Origin: an uncultured virus (IMG/VR IMGVR_UViG_3300042560_001054) | Lineage: Duplodnaviria > Heunggongvirae > Uroviricota > Caudoviricetes | Length of the DNA stretch: 33,558 nt | Reading direction: 5' to 3' (one strand) | IMG/VR virus record: IMGVR_UViG_3300042560_001054 | Shown here: positions 1-10,937 of the stretch, piece after piece | How positions within the stretch are numbered: the stretch's first letter is position 1 | Layout: each line of letters starts with the position of its first letter | The notes under the pieces: generated by a model | Databases searched by the model: none | Told to the model about the DNA's origin: nothing | Seen by the model: the letters and a program-made list of their open reading frames with translations, nothing else | Translations under genes and position numbers: made by a program

Positions 1-621
1 AAAAGTAAATGTATTAAGAGTTGGGGTAGTAATAATTTCATATGTACCATCAAATGCTGCATCTGCTGGGCTAAGAGCAATTGTTACAAATTGAAATGGT
101 GCAAAGCCGTGTGCAGTAGATGTGGTGATGGTTGCAACGTTAGAAGTTAAAGATTTAGTTTGTGCAGTCTTTGTAACTGCTCCAAGAGTTTCAGCATCTG
201 TACGTGCTCCAGGACCTACATACAATTCACCTGCTGTAGAAGCAACATCAAGGTCACCTGTTACTCCAAGAGTTCCAAATGAGTTAGACCAAGACGCGTT
301 AGTTCCATCAGTTTTAAGGAATTTACCTGCTTCTCCAGTTTGAGAAGGTACTTGACTTACGTTAGCAAATTGAAATGCAGAACCTGTGGTTTGGAGGAAT
401 TGACCATTAGTTCCTGCTGTTGGGTCTGTGTACCCATCAATCATCTTTGACCAGTAAGCGGTGCTAGTTGGAGCGTTTCCTGTAGTAGCGCCTGTGTTGA
501 TATAGACGTATAGGTTATTGGTGTACTTGACTACGTCATTAAGTTGATATTCAGTCGCGCCGCTATAGACGCCTTTGTAGGTAAAGCGTAGCTTTCCTAG
601 ATTAAAGATTTGGGCAGCCAC
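1..621 (-). CDS. Tail fibre / receptor-binding-type virion protein, N-terminal part (runs off the window)
   Basis: Not in the ORF track. My translation from GTG at 621 (overlapping the upstream TAG) is open to base 1: MAAQIFNLGKLRFTYKGVYSGATEYQLNDVVKYTNNLYVYI...PSQTGEAGKFLKTDGTNASW...ATITTSTAHGF. These are typical fibre motifs. Confidence 0.75.
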   Translation of the reverse strand, partial: MAAQIFNLGKLRFTYKGVYSGATEYQLNDVVKYTNNLYVYINTGATTGNAPTSTAYWSKMIDGYTDPTAGTNGQFLQTTGSAFQFANVSQVPSQTGEAGKFLKTDGTNASWSNSFGTLGVTGDLDVASTAGELYVGPGARTDAETLGAVTKTAQTKSLTSNVATITTSTAHGFAPFQFVTIALSPADAAFDGTYEIITTPTLNTFTF

Positions 622-893
622 TAGTTAACCTCCATGATTAGCTGGTCTGTGTATGTAGTATCCCACGAAAAAGAGAATTCGTAAGGGGTTAGAGCAGTTG
701 TATAATAAGTATCGTCGTATCTAGCGTATACCGTTCCATCGTCGTTTAGTTGAGGAACAGTGATTTGAGCTGAAGTATCTCCCCATAAATACTCTTCAAT
801 AGTCAAAGAATCAGTTGTTGGGTCATACTTAAACCCATAGAAATTTTGTTTTGACTTTGCAGAGCTACCAGATAGAGATAAGAATCCAGCCAT
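621..893 (-). CDS. Hypothetical virion-associated protein
   Basis: 90 aa ORF with overlapping stop/start codons on both sides, within the structural operon. Confidence 0.65.
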   Translation of the reverse strand: MAGFLSLSGSSAKSKQNFYGFKYDPTTDSLTIEEYLWGDTSAQITVPQLNDDGTVYARYDDTYYTTALTPYEFSFSWDTTYTDQLIMEVN

Positions 894-1225
894 TAGGGTG
901 TAATCTCCGTTCCAAATACGCTTACGCTAAGGTTGTTGTTTCCACCGTTTATCGTTATTACATCTGCTGCGTCTATGGTTATTCCGAAAGAAAGAACAGT
1001 AGTGTCATTTCTATCAATCGGGACGTCATAGGCGACGTAGTGCTTGTTTTCTATAGAAGCACCGTTAGGACGTACAGCTAGCTTAAACGTGGTGTTTTCA
1101 GTTCCACGGTTAGCAATCACAATGCTGCTGATTACAGCTTGAGTACTTGAGGGTACGGTATAAGCATTTGTGTCAACGCTAGCCGTAGATACGACTTGCC
1201 CAAGAACTTTATATGTTGTGGCCAC
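893..1225 (-). CDS. Small beta-sandwich virion structural protein
   Basis: 110 aa, beta-rich (YTVPSSTQAVISSIVIAN...LSVSVFGTEI); GAAAGGAA SD; similar pattern to 18919..19257. Confidence 0.7.
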   Translation of the reverse strand: MATTYKVLGQVVSTASVDTNAYTVPSSTQAVISSIVIANRGTENTTFKLAVRPNGASIENKHYVAYDVPIDRNDTTVLSFGITIDAADVITINGGNNNLSVSVFGTEITP

Positions 1226-1249
1226 TGTGTTCCTTTCTTGTTAAGTTTA

Positions 1250-2683
1250 CTAAATTGTTCCGAATAAAAATGGATGTAGCTGTGCATCTGCTGCTGGTCC
1301 AGTTGGACCTGTTGCACCTGCAGGACCTGTAGGTCCAGTTACTCCAGGGTTACCTTGTGGTCCTGTTGGACCTGTGACTGAAGGACCTGTTGGTCCAGTT
1401 GGTCCAGGAACATTAGATGCAGCACCAGTCGGACCTGTTGGTCCAGTAACTGATGGACCTGCTGGTCCTGTAGGACCTTGAAGTGTAGAAGCAGGACCAG
1501 TTGGTCCAGTTGCTCCTGTTGGGCCAGTAACACCAGCAGGACCTGTTGGTCCTTCTACTGTGCTGGCCGCACCTGTTGGTCCTGTTGGACCTACTGAACC
1601 AGTTGGTCCAATATCAGAGTTTGCCCACTCAACCCAATAAGAATCGTAGTAAACATAATTACGTGCGTTGTTTGAATTAAACCAGACATCACCTGCATTA
1701 GGAGAAGCAGGTGCAGTAATTCCTACATAAAAAATACCTTGTGGTCCAAGTGCACCAGTTGGTCCCGTCGGACCAGTAGAACCAGTTGGTCCAGTTACAC
1801 CAGCAGGACCTGTTGGTCCAGTTTCTCCTTGCGCTGCTGCAGTTCCAGGAATACCTTGCGGACCTGTCGCACCAGTTGGTCCAGTAGGACCAAGTAAACC
1901 TTGAGCACCTGTTGGACCAGTTGGTCCAGGTACTGTGCTTTCTGCACCTGTTGGTCCAGTAGCACCAGTTGGTCCGGTTGCACCTGCGGGACCTGTAGGT
2001 CCCTCTACTGTGCTAGCAGCACCTGTTGGACCAGTCGGTCCAGTAGCACCAGTTAATCCTGTAGCTCCTGTGGCACCAGTTGGTCCAGTAGCTCCCACAT
2101 TTCCTTGAGTTCCAGTCGGTCCAGTAGGTCCTTGTAATCCTGTGTTTCCTGTAGGACCTTGTGGTCCAGTAACTGTACTTGCCGCACCTGTTGCTCCTGT
2201 CGGTCCTTGTATACCTTGTGGACCTGTTGGTCCTTGAATGTTTCCAACATTTTCCCAAACGTCATTTGCTTGGTCCCATACATAAAGATTTCCATTTACA
2301 AGATAACCATCCCCTGGATTACCAGTTGGTTGTGCAGCATTAAGAGCTGCTTCACTTGAATAAGAACCTAATATATTTACGCCAACACCAGCAGGACCTG
2401 TAGGTCCAGTGACACCTGCAGTACCTGAAGCACCAGTTGGTCCTGTTGCACCAACAGGGCCCAGTGGTCCTGTTACACCTTGCGGTCCTGTAGGACCTGT
2501 TACACCTTGCGGACCTGTGGCTCCTGTAGGGCCTGTAGCGCCAACAGGGCCTGCAACAGAAGATGCGCTACCTGCAGGACCTGTTGGTCCCGTAGCGCCT
2601 GTAGGACCTTGTGAGCCTGTTGTACCAGTAGAAACAGTTACTTGAACAGGAGCTTGTGGCGTGACAATAATTTCATCAGGCAT
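1250..2683 (-). CDS. Collagen-like (Gly-Pro-Thr) fibre protein
   Basis: Long G-X-Y runs dominated by GPT/GAT, interrupted by two small globular modules ([28 protein letters not shown]). Confidence 0.92.
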   Translation of the reverse strand: MPDEIIVTPQAPVQVTVSTGTTGSQGPTGATGPTGPAGSASSVAGPVGATGPTGATGPQGVTGPTGPQGVTGPLGPVGATGPTGASGTAGVTGPTGPAGVGVNILGSYSSEAALNAAQPTGNPGDGYLVNGNLYVWDQANDVWENVGNIQGPTGPQGIQGPTGATGAASTVTGPQGPTGNTGLQGPTGPTGTQGNVGATGPTGATGATGLTGATGPTGPTGAASTVEGPTGPAGATGPTGATGPTGAESTVPGPTGPTGAQGLLGPTGPTGATGPQGIPGTAAAQGETGPTGPAGVTGPTGSTGPTGPTGALGPQGIFYVGITAPASPNAGDVWFNSNNARNYVYYDSYWVEWANSDIGPTGSVGPTGPTGAASTVEGPTGPAGVTGPTGATGPTGPASTLQGPTGPAGPSVTGPTGPTGAASNVPGPTGPTGPSVTGPTGPQGNPGVTGPTGPAGATGPTGPAADAQLHPFLFGTI

Positions 2684-3744
2684 CAGTCAGTAACTTCTCT
2701 TTCGCAGAATATTTGTCCGCGAATATATGTCTGTTCAAAGGTTGAATCACTTAAAGATGTGGCTTGTAAATCCCAGAACGCTCTAACAGGGATAACTTGA
2801 GTCTGTGCACTTGTTAAAGCAAGTCTTAGTTTCTTAGTTGGAGCGTCTTCAACTGTGATTGTAAATGTGGCCCACAGTGATGGAGAGCTAGGATATGTTC
2901 TAATTTGGGCTTTAAATACTAAATCATTAAAATTAGTGCTGTCTGGAAAATCAAATATTCCATACCAAGAGTCGCCCTGCTGAAGGATAATGTCATAAAT
3001 TCCAGCTGTGCTTGGAAGAGGCGTTCTTCCAGTCATATCATTTGGAAGGTATACACGCTCTGGACGACGTGAGTCATCGATTTCTTGAGGCATGAATATC
3101 GGAACAAGCTTGTTAGTAGTTCTGCTTACTCGACGTAGAGTAGCAACCTCAATGCGATGAATTCCTATATTTAGAGCAGCGCATAGCATTTTGTATTGTT
3201 CCATGCGTTGTTGTATAAGATTTGTAAGCTGGTGGTATCTCTCAGAACGCGGGATGGTCACGCCGTCTGGTGCGAAGATGTTGATGTCAAAGGCAGCGTC
3301 TGTGGCCAATGTGTATAGGCCTTCTATCGATGACAAGATGGTTACTGGGTATACCTCAACCTCGGGAAGCATGCCAATAGTCATGGCTCTTCCATAGCTA
3401 TCTGTTCTATTAAAAGTGTGTTGAGTTACTGCAGTATTAACAAAGTAGGTAATTTCTGAATCTGAAAAGTATCTGAAGACGCTTCCTGTCACAGTAATAA
3501 CTGCGTTATTAGCAGGAGCTGTTACGAAGTGAATAACTCCGTGTTGAGCCTCAATAGTAAAATGAGTTGGGTTAGCTCTAGCGACACCGTTTACGGTCAC
3601 TAATAGTGTTGATGTATCAACGGGCTTGACGCCAAGAACAAAATCTACGGTACTTCCGTCACCTGTGAAAGTCTTCGTGAATTGTTTGGGTTGGTCACCA
3701 AGCTCCATACGGACCTTAGATACTAGGTCTGCAAGAGTTGCCAC
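2683..3744 (-). CDS. Head-tail adaptor/neck-type structural protein with C-terminal beta domain
   Basis: 353 aa just downstream of the capsid genes; starts '[14 protein letters not shown]', contains 'FSDSEITYF' and a C-terminal 'QQGDSW...AQIR...WDLQ' adaptor-like domain. Confidence 0.6.
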   Translation of the reverse strand: MATLADLVSKVRMELGDQPKQFTKTFTGDGSTVDFVLGVKPVDTSTLLVTVNGVARANPTHFTIEAQHGVIHFVTAPANNAVITVTGSVFRYFSDSEITYFVNTAVTQHTFNRTDSYGRAMTIGMLPEVEVYPVTILSSIEGLYTLATDAAFDINIFAPDGVTIPRSERYHQLTNLIQQRMEQYKMLCAALNIGIHRIEVATLRRVSRTTNKLVPIFMPQEIDDSRRPERVYLPNDMTGRTPLPSTAGIYDIILQQGDSWYGIFDFPDSTNFNDLVFKAQIRTYPSSPSLWATFTITVEDAPTKKLRLALTSAQTQVIPVRAFWDLQATSLSDSTFEQTYIRGQIFCEREVTD

Positions 3745-3810
3745 ATTTACTCCTTATTCACGCATAACAGGCTACTCTAATGGTGCCGTGTAGCAGGTTT
3801 AAAAACTGGT

Positions 3811-3845
3811 TAAACGAAACAGCGGGCTACAAATAGCGCCCGCTG
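3811..3845 (-). terminator. Intrinsic terminator after the capsid operon
   Basis: CAGCGGGC/GCCCGCTG stem followed by TTTCGTTT on the minus strand. Confidence 0.65.
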
Positions 3846-3863
3846 CCCCGCCTAATCGTGCGT

Positions 3864-4238
3864 TTAGAGAATCTGAGCCACGTATCCTTTTTCCTGAAGG
3901 TGAGCTGCAACGTCCTTAGTAACAGAATATTTGTTACCAACTTTGAACGTATAGCTAGTTCCTGCACCTAAAGTCATGTTTTCAATGTCATCTGTAACAC
4001 GGATAACTACTGTGTCGTTTCCAACTGCTCCAGTTGTTTTAACTTCATCAACTACGATAGTGGTTAGACGGTTTGGCTTTGTTGCGTCGATGATTTCGTT
4101 CTCTGCTTTGAACTGCGCTTCCGCAGTAGCTAGAGACATTTCACCTGCACGCTTTGATTGCTCTTCAGCAAATTCTTTAGCAAGGGCTTCTCGCTGGCGT
4201 CCTGTGTAATCAGTCGCCTTCGGTCTATTATTAGCCAC
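3864..4238 (-). CDS. Hypothetical protein following the major capsid gene
   Basis: 124 aa ORF, GGAGG SD, directly after the capsid gene. Confidence 0.7.
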   Translation of the reverse strand: MANNRPKATDYTGRQREALAKEFAEEQSKRAGEMSLATAEAQFKAENEIIDATKPNRLTTIVVDEVKTTGAVGNDTVVIRVTDDIENMTLGAGTSYTFKVGNKYSVTKDVAAHLQEKGYVAQIL

Positions 4239-4276
4239 GTTATATCCTCCGATTTAGTATCTGTTGTTTTTGGTTA

Positions 4277-4300
4277 GGGGCGGGTTTTTAGGCCCGCCCC
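4277..4300 (-). other. GC-rich hairpin after the major capsid gene (mRNA stabiliser or U-less terminator)
   Basis: GGGGCGGG/CCCGCCCC stem 13 nt past the stop codon, with no U-tract on the coding strand. Confidence 0.5.
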
Positions 4301-4313
4301 CGAACTTTTTAAA

Positions 4314-5381
4314 TTAGTTGGTTTCTGCAATAACTACAGCCTGGTCAGTAATTAGACCAAGACCGAATATTGAGTACCAAGCAAGTGCATGCTCACGACC
4401 GAAGTCAAGGATACCGCCATCGCGGAGCTCAACTGGTAGAGAGATTGCGTGACCGAATGCGTTATCTCCAATGAAGATAGAGTCATAGCGGTCTGAACCA
4501 CCGTTACCGGTAAATTCAGCTGGTGAAATGTATCCGCCGCCTGCTGTAACTGTTGGAGTTGTAGCAGTATCGGCTGAGTAAGAAGTACCAGCACCACCAG
4601 CGACCTTGCGGACCTGAGTGGTTTCGATGAATACGCAGTCGTATAGACGTCCGATTTCACCAAGCATGAAGTTTCCAGGAGCGGCGTACTTCGTTACTTC
4701 GATGAACTCAGGAACGTCGCGTAGACGACGTGATTGGTGAGGGTGAACGAATGCCACATAGGTCTCACCTAAGCGTGGAATGTTCTTTGTTGACAAGGTC
4801 TCAACTGCATCCTTGACTACGTGAGGAGTCATGTTGAATGCACCGGTCATGCTTGCACGAGTTGTGCCTACAGTTCCGTAGCCGTACCAGTCATTAGCAG
4901 CAGAAAGACCAGAACGGTCTTCTCCGTAAATCTTGGATGTTGCTGAGTAGAGAGTGTCGCGGCTCAACTTATCAAGATAAAGAGCCATGTTGCGTCCTAG
5001 AAGACGTGAAGCAGAAGCCATAACGTCATCGAAAGAAGCATTAAGTAGTAGCTCAGAAACTGCAAGAGCATATCCATGCTCAGATACAGTAATTGAGAAC
5101 TGTTGCGCTGTTAGCGCATTTGTCTGCATACGTACACCTTCGACAAGTGCGTTAGCAAAGCCGAGGTTGTTGTAACGTAGGAAGTTGATTTGAAGACCAG
5201 GTGCAACACCAAGTTCAGTCTTCTTGACTGCGAATTGCTCAAAGCGAAGGATTGGCATTGCCTGGAAAAGGATTTCCTTTGACCAGATTTGCTGAATCGC
5301 TTGAGTCAACTGTGTGTTGGTACCTGAATAGGCTGTTGGGGCTGCGGCTAGATTGCCGGTACCCGTAATACCAGATGCCAT
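4314..5381 (-). CDS. Major capsid protein (N4-gp56-like, HK97 fold)
   Basis: 355 aa with 'ILRFEQFA', 'YVAFVHPHQ', 'GEIGRLYDCVFIET', 'DFGREHALAWY'; strong AAGGAG SD; follows the scaffold gene. Confidence 0.92.
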   Translation of the reverse strand: MASGITGTGNLAAAPTAYSGTNTQLTQAIQQIWSKEILFQAMPILRFEQFAVKKTELGVAPGLQINFLRYNNLGFANALVEGVRMQTNALTAQQFSITVSEHGYALAVSELLLNASFDDVMASASRLLGRNMALYLDKLSRDTLYSATSKIYGEDRSGLSAANDWYGYGTVGTTRASMTGAFNMTPHVVKDAVETLSTKNIPRLGETYVAFVHPHQSRRLRDVPEFIEVTKYAAPGNFMLGEIGRLYDCVFIETTQVRKVAGGAGTSYSADTATTPTVTAGGGYISPAEFTGNGGSDRYDSIFIGDNAFGHAISLPVELRDGGILDFGREHALAWYSIFGLGLITDQAVVIAETN

Positions 5382-5419
5382 TTAGTTATACTCCTTAGTT
5401 GGAATTTGGATTTGGGGGT

Positions 5420-6202
5420 TTAGCCGAACAATCCCGAGCCTTGACCCTGAGCTTTTGGACTCAAAAGTCTTTGGCGATATTTTGCGTATTCGTTCATCGG
5501 CATAGCTGATATTTCATCAGCTGTAAAGTTACGTTGCTCCGAATTAATGTCCAGTGGTCCGGTTGGAGGCGCTGTTACGCGACTTCCAGTCATTTCTTTG
5601 CGAGCGGACTGCATAGCCTGCTGCGCTGATTCTAAAATACGAGTTGAACGGTCTTTTAGACTGTTAATACTCGCGTTAATCTCGTCTTGGGTGTTACCCG
5701 TAACAAGGTCCAAAAGTTCGGGAATGATTGCTTCCCGTTCTTCCTCCAGACGTTGCTGGCGGAAATTTTGAATCTCAGCAAAAGTTTTTTCTCGCTCCAA
5801 TAGAGCAAAGGCGCGTTCGCGCTCCTGGCGCTCACGCTCCAACTGTTCAGACCATTCTGTTTCCTTCTTTTTAAGAAGTTCACGAACGTCTAAATCAGCT
5901 TCAAGGCGAGCACGCTCTTCAGCGTCCTGTGCCTCTTTCTCTGCTTGCTTGGCCGCAAGTTCCGCTTCTCTCTGTTGCTTGATTTCTTCAAGTTCAGATT
6001 TTAGCTTTTCAATTTGCGGATACAACTTGTCTTTCTCTTGACTACGAACCTTTGCTAAATCATCGTCTGTATAAAACTTAGATGAATCAGTAGTCTTTGT
6101 AGTCTTAACAGTTGGCGCGTCAACGCCAGCGTCTACAATAGTTGGAGCTTGGTTTGCTTCAGCTTCAAAGGCTTCAGCAAGCACTTCTGTTTGAGTTTCC
6201 AT
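5420..6202 (-). CDS. Capsid scaffolding protein
   Basis: 260 aa E/K/R-rich coiled coil between portal and capsid; C-terminal 'ISAMPMNEYAKYRQRLL'. Confidence 0.8.
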   Translation of the reverse strand: METQTEVLAEAFEAEANQAPTIVDAGVDAPTVKTTKTTDSSKFYTDDDLAKVRSQEKDKLYPQIEKLKSELEEIKQQREAELAAKQAEKEAQDAEERARLEADLDVRELLKKKETEWSEQLERERQERERAFALLEREKTFAEIQNFRQQRLEEEREAIIPELLDLVTGNTQDEINASINSLKDRSTRILESAQQAMQSARKEMTGSRVTAPPTGPLDINSEQRNFTADEISAMPMNEYAKYRQRLLSPKAQGQGSGLFG

Positions 6203-6328
6203 ATACGTCCTTTATGTTCTCTGGGTCTTTTTTCGAATGAGGTTTTAGCCTCGTAGCACAAATGACCGTCTCTTGGTTTTACACATACATTTTTCCGCGT
6301 TTTACAAAAAATTTCAGCCTATAGTGCT

Positions 6329-8044
6329 TTATTTTTCGTATTCTTCTGGTACACGACGTTGTGGAATCTTTGTTCCATAAGCTTCGGTTACTAGTCGAGA
6401 GCGGATACTTTGTTCACCCATTTGTAGTCCTGCGACTACATCTCCGTCCAACAATGGTGTCTGGGCAGGAGAGCCTCCGCCAGCAGCCATACCCGCTGCT
6501 TGCTCAGGTGAGAGCGGAGCAGCAGAACCGTCAGGTCCTGGGACCATGCCTGTTAAGGTCATAATCTCATTAGCGATTTCGGTTTGAACAAGTTTAAGTG
6601 CGCCGTCTGCCTTGGCGTCGTCAATGAGTTCTTGTCTAATTTCTTGAATTTTTTCTGAAGGGAACTCTTCACCAAGAGCTCTAAGTGCGCCTTCTTTAGA
6701 CTCTAATCCTAGAGATAGCATAGATTGAATTTCGTTAAGAATAATAAGTTTATCTAGTGGTAGTGGTGGTGGGAAATGTACGTACGTTCTGTAAGTATCT
6801 GGGTCGTTAGGGTCCAACTGGAGAAGTTGGTCTGGCTTAGGAATTGTGTCTCTATCGGGATTCCAAGTAAATGTTTCTGGCTCTTTAACAGCTAAGTTAC
6901 GAAGAATAAGTTCGTTTACTCGTTCTAATCCGTATGCGTATTGAACAATCTTTTGGTGATAGCGATTCATCAAAGGCTGGAATTGGATAGCTAGTGCTAC
7001 ACCAGAGGTATTTGAAATAGGTTGTGATTGACCTAAAGCAGTTTCTGGAACACCAGTCATTTCGTGCATAGCACGCTTTAACATAGTCATGTATTCCATG
7101 GCGCCTTTTAGACCTTGTCCGCCACCTTCTAGGTTTTCTACCCTTGCATCTTTTGGTAGACCGCCCCACACCTTATTAGCGCCTTTTTCAAGCTGAGATG
7201 CTTTAGCTCCAATGATTACTGTTACAGGAGCAGCGTGATAGTTAATGATGTCTGCAATATCAGTAGCGGTTTCATTGTATGCACGGTTTAAAGAAATCAT
7301 TTCATTACAGTCAGATAGTCCCCATGGTGAGCCTGAAATTCTAATGTTAGGCATATGAACTACAGGGATAGTTCCTAGTGGATTAGGGCGAGAATCGATT
7401 AGTTCGTCATTGATGTACTCTTCAATAACATCGTCAGTTAAGATTTCTGTATATGTGTATACCTGTCGTGTACCTTCTAAAGAAGTTCCCCAAAAACGGT
7501 ACTTAAGTTTAAACCGAATCAAACGGTTTCGGTCGTGTGGGTGAAACTCTGGAAAACAAAAAGATGAGTTTAAAGGTAGAACACGTACACGTCCTGGGTG
7601 TTGCATACCAGCTGGGTCTACCCACGCCTCTTCGTATGCTACTTTAACAAAACAATCTCCAGATACAGAACCTTGTTGACCAATCTCCCAAAGTACTGTT
7701 GCTTTGTTGTTATCTACTTCCCACACACGTTCAAGCAAATCAGGAACAATTGCTTCTGTTGCTTTAGGGCTTCTAAACTGAACGCCCTTACTAAAAGTAA
7801 AGTTAATAATAAAATCTGTAATTGCTCGATAGTAATTAAATACCATTTGAGGTTCGCCCTGTTGGCGACGGAAAGATGTATGGTGACCTAGATACATCGC
7901 CCAGTTAAGGGAATAACGATTTAAACGTGGACCATGAACTTCAAACTCTTCATCAGCAAGCTCTACTAATCCCAGAGGGGATATGGATATGGTTAAGTCA
8001 GATGAGGCGGCCCTATAACTAGGGGGTGAAAAATCTATGCTCAC
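6329..8044 (-). CDS. Portal protein (SPP1 gp6-like)
   Basis: 571 aa; 'NPLGTIPVVHMPN', 'WGLSD', 'SNTSGVALAIQFQPL'; synteny with terminase and scaffold. Confidence 0.9.
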   Translation of the reverse strand: MSIDFSPPSYRAASSDLTISISPLGLVELADEEFEVHGPRLNRYSLNWAMYLGHHTSFRRQQGEPQMVFNYYRAITDFIINFTFSKGVQFRSPKATEAIVPDLLERVWEVDNNKATVLWEIGQQGSVSGDCFVKVAYEEAWVDPAGMQHPGRVRVLPLNSSFCFPEFHPHDRNRLIRFKLKYRFWGTSLEGTRQVYTYTEILTDDVIEEYINDELIDSRPNPLGTIPVVHMPNIRISGSPWGLSDCNEMISLNRAYNETATDIADIINYHAAPVTVIIGAKASQLEKGANKVWGGLPKDARVENLEGGGQGLKGAMEYMTMLKRAMHEMTGVPETALGQSQPISNTSGVALAIQFQPLMNRYHQKIVQYAYGLERVNELILRNLAVKEPETFTWNPDRDTIPKPDQLLQLDPNDPDTYRTYVHFPPPLPLDKLIILNEIQSMLSLGLESKEGALRALGEEFPSEKIQEIRQELIDDAKADGALKLVQTEIANEIMTLTGMVPGPDGSAAPLSPEQAAGMAAGGGSPAQTPLLDGDVVAGLQMGEQSIRSRLVTEAYGTKIPQRRVPEEYEK

Positions 8045-8112
8045 CTAAAATCCTCTCATTTAAATATTTAACTACCGTAGTTTAGCATTAGTTTGCTAAC
8101 TTGCGGAACCAC

Positions 8113-8436
8113 CTATTTTGCTATTGGTCGAGCTACTGGTTTGTTGACATCTTTGGTTACTGTCTTCTTAATAGACTTAGTAACCTTCTTCTTTTTTGAT
8201 GCTTCAATTTTGTCTGTTTTTTCTTGAGCTACGTCCCTGTTCTTAGGGTCAATGTCTTTTTGAGAATTTACAAACTTTCCACCCATTTGAACATACCGAG
8301 AATGAACCCAGTGAGCTGATGCTGGGGATTGTTTTGAAAATCTAGTTTTTGCTTGAGTAGTAATCATGTTCCAAAGTCTAGGGTTGGCAGGGAGTTGTTT
8401 AGGACCCTCTTGAACTTCTTTACCTTTGATTAACAT
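8113..8436 (-). CDS. Hypothetical basic protein
   Basis: 107 aa, Lys-rich tail, GAGGA SD. Confidence 0.7.
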   Translation of the reverse strand: MLIKGKEVQEGPKQLPANPRLWNMITTQAKTRFSKQSPASAHWVHSRYVQMGGKFVNSQKDIDPKNRDVAQEKTDKIEASKKKKVTKSIKKTVTKDVNKPVARPIAK

Positions 8437-8458
8437 TTATTATCCTCAATGCAGGGAA

Positions 8459-8500
8459 TCCTGCCCCCTCAGCATGGTGGGACGCTGGAAGGGGGCAGGA
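8459..8500 (-). terminator. Hairpin/terminator after 8508..8906
   Basis: TCCTGCCCCCT/AGGGGGCAGGA 11-bp stem immediately after the stop codon. Confidence 0.55.
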
Positions 8501-8507
8501 AACTTAA

Positions 8508-8906
8508 TTAGTCCTGAACTACTGCTGGGCTTACACGTGATTGGCGAGCGCCGTTACGTGTAACTTCTTCAATTGTTGGTTCTGCATAATCTTGGAAAGA
8601 ACCATTTGAGAACTCTTGAAGAAAATCTGTTGCTTCAATCCAAGAAGCTGAACCTACGTGAGCACGCTCGCGCATTGTTTCTTCAGCTGGCTTAGTGTGA
8701 ACAGGTGCATTACGATTTGGACGGCCTGCTGCTGGTGTGTAACCCTGTGCAGCACCCTTTCCAAATTCTTGTGGAACATCAGTATCGGTTCCGATACCTT
8801 CTTGAAAGCGTAGAGGTCCGCGTTGTCCTGGGACAGCGGAAGCCATCTTACGGTCGTAAGTATTTCCAGAGCGTTCTGGAACTTGTGGTGTTGGGGCAAT
8901 TGCCAT
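8508..8906 (-). CDS. Conserved hypothetical protein between terminase and portal, probably virion-associated
   Basis: 132 aa, strong AAGGAG SD, own 3' hairpin. Confidence 0.7.
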   Translation of the reverse strand: MAIAPTPQVPERSGNTYDRKMASAVPGQRGPLRFQEGIGTDTDVPQEFGKGAAQGYTPAAGRPNRNAPVHTKPAEETMRERAHVGSASWIEATDFLQEFSNGSFQDYAEPTIEEVTRNGARQSRVSPAVVQD

Positions 8907-8985
8907 GTTTATTACTCCTTTAAAAGGTTGAGGCCTCAGTACAAGTGTCTTATTAAAACGTTAATTTTTCAGGATAAAGTCAAAT

Positions 8986-10581
8986 CTATCTGAAAAATGG
9001 TGACGACGAGACCTCAACCTGAGGCATTGTAAGGTCCATGGTTAGAGAACAGGCGATGGCCAAACTATCGGCATAGTCGTCATGGGCGTGGGCTTCTTCT
9101 GGGGCATGAGCTAAAAAGTTAGGCCCAGTAAATTTAGTTTCTAGGTCGGTCATCTGTTGGTAAAACCTTTTCCAAGTTCTAAGTCTTCTGGTCTTAGCAT
9201 GGGCTGGCCAACCGATAAGTCGTCTATCAATTAGGGTCTTAAGGTGTTTCCAACGTTTAGATTGCTCAGGTTGGCTACTTCCGATTGGGTATACCTCAGC
9301 TCTAGGTAACAGCAGTTTTAATCTTTGAGCAACCGCGTCACCCACACCGCCTGAGTCAACACCTACAGCTAACACGTCATAGCTACCTAAGAAGTTAACT
9401 ATTTGAAAGTACTGGTCTTCCCAGTCTTCACTTTGGATTTCTAACCAATTTAAAATTCTATGGTCAAAGTAACCAAACTCATCAGGCCTATCCCAATCAA
9501 CCCAAACAACTGTAACAACAGTTGAGTCAACTTTTCTAGCGGGGTCAATGCCCACTACCACAGGAGTTCTGTGCCAAGCTTTAACAATTTCTTGAGACGT
9601 GTCCCCTAGTTCGTCCATTACCGTAGAAGTTACAAACATGCCTCGTTCTAGAAGCCACTTACAGTTGTAGGACATTTGAAACTCATCTGAGTCTTCCCCT
9701 ACACGTAGTATCTCTTTCTTAATAAACTTTTGATAGTTGTCATTGTATTTAGCTACATCTTTCCAATCCCACTGATAGTGGTTTTGTTTGTTTCCTCTAG
9801 AGGTTTGACGACGTTTGTTTAATTGAATAGAACGATAGAAGTTGTTTTTGTGTGTGGTGGGAGTACCTGTCTTAACCATAGTTCCAGCGTAGTACGCCAA
9901 CATAGGAGAGATAGATTTAGATACTACGAAGTCATCTGCTTCTTGGCACTCATCAATAACAATAAGGTGGAAAGACTTAGACTCAATCTTTGCACGAGGG
10001 TTAGCTGTCATCATCATTACAGATGAGCCAGAATTCTTTAATTTAATTTGTTTTGTAACTCCAGCAACTTTTTTAGCTTCATCATCAATCTCTGGGTCAC
10101 CTAATACGCTAAGTGCATGGTCACTAGTAAGTCTGTTAATAGTTCTACTAAATAATGTTTCTGCCTGTCCTTCTACTGGAGCAAATAGTCCTACCCATAT
10201 ACCGTCTTTAAACTTACCTAATAAATCTGGATACATTCGTGCAAGTCGTGGAAGAATAACCATAAGTGTAGCTACAGTGTTCGCAATAGTTTCTGATTTA
10301 CCTGACTGACGTGCAGCAAGAGCTGTAATCTCTTCACCGTCATTAATAATTACAGATTCCATAATTCTTCGTGCAAGTGGTGCTTGATATGGGTGCAACT
10401 CATAGCCAACAAGTGCTACTAAGAACACCATCATTTTATCTACTAGCTTGTCAACAAACTCTCGAGACAGCTCATCTAACCCGTCGTCTTCTTCAGCGGG
10501 TTCAAGTTCGTCCTCGTCAATTTCTTCAAAGTCTTCTTCTTCTTCAAAGAACTCATCAAGGTCAAGATTCTCTTCAAACAT
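8986..10581 (-). CDS. terL: Terminase large subunit
   Basis: Walker A 'AARQSGKS', Walker B 'LIVIDE', RNase H-like nuclease 'GIDPA...HDDYAD'. Confidence 0.95.
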   Translation of the reverse strand: MFEENLDLDEFFEEEEDFEEIDEDELEPAEEDDGLDELSREFVDKLVDKMMVFLVALVGYELHPYQAPLARRIMESVIINDGEEITALAARQSGKSETIANTVATLMVILPRLARMYPDLLGKFKDGIWVGLFAPVEGQAETLFSRTINRLTSDHALSVLGDPEIDDEAKKVAGVTKQIKLKNSGSSVMMMTANPRAKIESKSFHLIVIDECQEADDFVVSKSISPMLAYYAGTMVKTGTPTTHKNNFYRSIQLNKRRQTSRGNKQNHYQWDWKDVAKYNDNYQKFIKKEILRVGEDSDEFQMSYNCKWLLERGMFVTSTVMDELGDTSQEIVKAWHRTPVVVGIDPARKVDSTVVTVVWVDWDRPDEFGYFDHRILNWLEIQSEDWEDQYFQIVNFLGSYDVLAVGVDSGGVGDAVAQRLKLLLPRAEVYPIGSSQPEQSKRWKHLKTLIDRRLIGWPAHAKTRRLRTWKRFYQQMTDLETKFTGPNFLAHAPEEAHAHDDYADSLAIACSLTMDLTMPQVEVSSSPFFR

Positions 10582-10691
10582 TCGTACCTCCTTTAAAGAC
10601 GGAAAGCCCTGGGTTTAAAGTCCAGGGCTGCCGCTGCCACACGGGAGAGAAGGAGAGAGTTGGCGGATATAATTTTAGCATACATATGTAG

Positions 10692-10937
10692 TTACTCAAT
10701 GCGAGATAATCTTTTGTGCAACTCGTCAACAACTGCGTGGATAGCCTCAGCCCCAGTAAGAGCTTCGTCCAAATAAACTTGGTCCCTATTTTTTTCGTAA
10801 ACTGAAAGACAACGGCTTAACTCATAGAGAATCTGGTCTGACCAAATTAAAAGTTCTCCAGAAGGTATCTTGGCTACTCGTTTAGCCACTTTTTCAGAAA
10901 AAGGCTTGTCCCAGTTCTTTTTTCGTCTAATCACCAT
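10692..10937 (-). CDS. Hypothetical protein
   Basis: 81 aa helical ORF overlapping the upstream gene. Confidence 0.6.
   Translation of the reverse strand: MVIRRKKNWDKPFSEKVAKRVAKIPSGELLIWSDQILYELSRCLSVYEKNRDQVYLDEALTGAEAIHAVVDELHKRLSRIE

Noticed and set aside
1339..2645. Alternative-frame and antisense ORFs within the collagen gene
   Set aside because: They are by-products of repetitive GGx-CCx-ACx codons and have no SD or independent features.
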